NCBI RefSeq assembly: GCF_020745735.1 | Contig: NC_083409.1 | Location: forward strand, 4,639,534-4,703,533 | Length of the DNA: 64,000 nucleotides | Direction of reading: 5' to 3' | From: Hemiscyllium ocellatum | Lineage: Eukaryota | Shown: piece after piece, positions 61,870-64,000 of the stretch | How positions within the stretch are numbered: the stretch's first letter is position 1 | How the letters are laid out: each line of letters starts with the position of its first letter | Notes under the pieces: generated by a model | Seen by the model: only the letters and a program-made list of their open reading frames with translations | Databases searched by the model: none | Told to the model about the DNA's origin: nothing | Translations under genes and position numbers: made by a program

Positions 61870-64000
61870 TTTCTAGAAGTTTAGAAGGATGAAGGATTTG
61901 GATAAGGTGAATAGTCGATGTCTTTTTCCCATTCGACATGGGTGCTAGGTGAGAGAGGACAGATTTTTAAAAGGACCGACTGGGAAACTTTCTCATGCAT
62001 AGTGCGATGCATGCATGGAATGAGCTGCCAGATGAAATGATGGAGGCTGGTACAAATACAACATTTAAAATGCCTCTGTTTGGGTCCAAAAAGGAAAGGC
62101 TTTCGAGGGATATGGGCCAAATACAGTACGGGCAAAAGGGATTAGGTTAATGTACTATGTCTGCTTCGCATGGATGTGTTTGACCAAAAGGTTCTTATTT
62201 CATGTTCTGCATTTCAAGAATCATTGATGAATTGGTGAAGACCTCGTTGTAATATTCACTGTCCACGATATAATCACTCTTAGTGTCATCCGCAAACCAT
62301 CTAACATTCCGACCATAATTCTCATCTAAACCATTTTCTAACGGCACACGATCAACACCTGATTCCAATTGAATCCGTGTCATAATCTTTTAAAATTCGA
62401 GAGACAAAGAACTGCTTTAAAAATTAACAACTTCATGATTTTATGTCTAACAGAGAATAATTGACTAACTTCTGTTTACTTCTCATTTCTCTAACCCACC
62501 TTTATTTTCCCTTCTCCCATACAGCCCTTGATTAAGATTTCAAATAAAATGAAATTTCGAAACCAGGCAGTGCCGAATCGTCTCTTTTCATCATCCTCTG
62601 TCTTCTTTTCATCTTCTCATGAATATCTGCTTCATGGGTCATTGATAGATAAAGGTATCTTTAAGAGAAATATTCTCCTGGCAATCTGCATATATTCGTG
62701 GCGTGGCAGTTCTCTCCCAACTCTCCAATTGATTTAACATTTATCACTCAAAGCTTTTGATTGTTTCATTGATCTTAATATCTTCAAAATACCAAAATCA
62801 ATCTTGATTGGAGTTTAATATCATGAGGCATGATTTGAATTGATTAGCTGAATTTATGTTTTTCTTTGCCCCAGTGCAACCGAGGTAATTCTAGGTGCTC
62901 GGTCAAATGTTGCATTGTAAATTTCCAGCGGTCTGTGCGCTTGTTAAGTCCTTCATCTCTCTTAAAGTTGCAATACATGTCGACACCCTCAAAACAACCT
63001 TTATAAGTAACAAACAAAAATGAATTACAGCATAGATCCCACTGGATTACCTCTGATTGCAGGCTTCCATTCCAAAAATCGATTCTCCCCCGACCCAAGC
63101 ACCTTCTCTGTGGAGAAGTACGGTATGTGCTTCCGAGTGTATTCTGAGTCATTGAGCACTCCCCTGGTTTATTCCTTTTCCAAAGTACATCACCACATAC
63201 TTATCTGGGTTAAAATCTATTTGCAATTGATCTGCCAGTTGACAATTCTATTGACATATTCCTGTAGATTAAGACCATCCTCCTCACGACAACCAGCAGC
63301 CAGTTATTGTCACAAACACAAAACTTGCTTACCAGAGTCTTCCCAGTATCATCACCCTCCACTTTCATAATCTCTATGAATGCCACATATAATAGGGGAC
63401 ACAACAGTGAACCCCGTGGTACTCCAGGAGGCACTCGTCTCCAGCGTTCTGCCAGAATCCTCTGTTGCCTGCCTGAAGCCAATTTTAGATGAAACTTCCC
63501 ACGTGAAACTTGATACCATGAGACTTTACCTACTCTATCAGTTACCCACGCGAGTCTTCGTCAAAGGCTTCGCTTTTAAAAAAACACATAAACGATGTCT
63601 TAGAAAAAAAAAACACAAATTCCATTCATTCTGATAAAGTAATTCTTACTATCCCTGATCAAAGATTGCATGTCTAAACGGAAATCGTTTTTGTCCTTCC
63701 CTGTTTTCGACAATGATTTCTCTAACACTGATCTGATGCGCACAGGCCGATAGTTCCCTGGTCTATCTCGAGCCCCCTTCCTGTAAACTGGAACACATTC
63801 GCTGTTCTGCGACCCTCTGTCACCTCCGTTGTGTTCAGATTCGAATTTCAAGTTTTCATGTGGGTTGTGAGTGGCATCTTTCCTCCATTCACTACAACAG
63901 CATTCTGGGATGCAAGTAATCTGCATCCGAGAATGTGAACAACTTTAAATCCGCGAAACCAATCAATGCTTACTTGCATCATACATCAATCTGCTTCAGA
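61870..64000. mobile_element. Cluster of CR1 fragments (3' end + at 61870-62215; RT - at 62230-62340 and 62880-64000)
   Basis: WFADDTK, GVPRGSLLCPLLY, VPVYRKGARDRPGNYRPV. Confidence 0.85.

Overview
Eukaryotic, repeat-dominated genomic DNA with two assembly gaps. It is very probably from a shark or other elasmobranch, judged from the HE1-type tRNA-derived SINEs, HER1/CR1 LINEs and shark-type Penelope elements. Most of the window is decayed transposable elements: many CR1 LINE copies, an L2/Crack-like LINE, RTE and Rex/Babar fragments, several Penelope-like element (PLE) families, HE1 SINEs, probable solo LTRs and a fossil Harbinger DNA transposon. There are also long low-complexity tracts, including a 6.4-kb pyrimidine-rich block. 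The only convincing host-gene signal is a first coding exon of a GPR139-like class A GPCR (17968-18157, +); I could not find its second exon in the window. The most notable observations are: (1) about a dozen minimal hammerhead-ribozyme motifs in PLE termini, including short non-coding palindromic/tandem units and an 88-bp unit with its own target-site duplication; (2) a frameshifted relic encoding a 14-aa acidic repeat, split by a PLE, which I cannot assign to a family; (3) the orphan GPCR exon. I cannot demonstrate a wholly new biological system. Family names come from motif recognition by eye, not database searches, and boundaries of old repeats are approximate.
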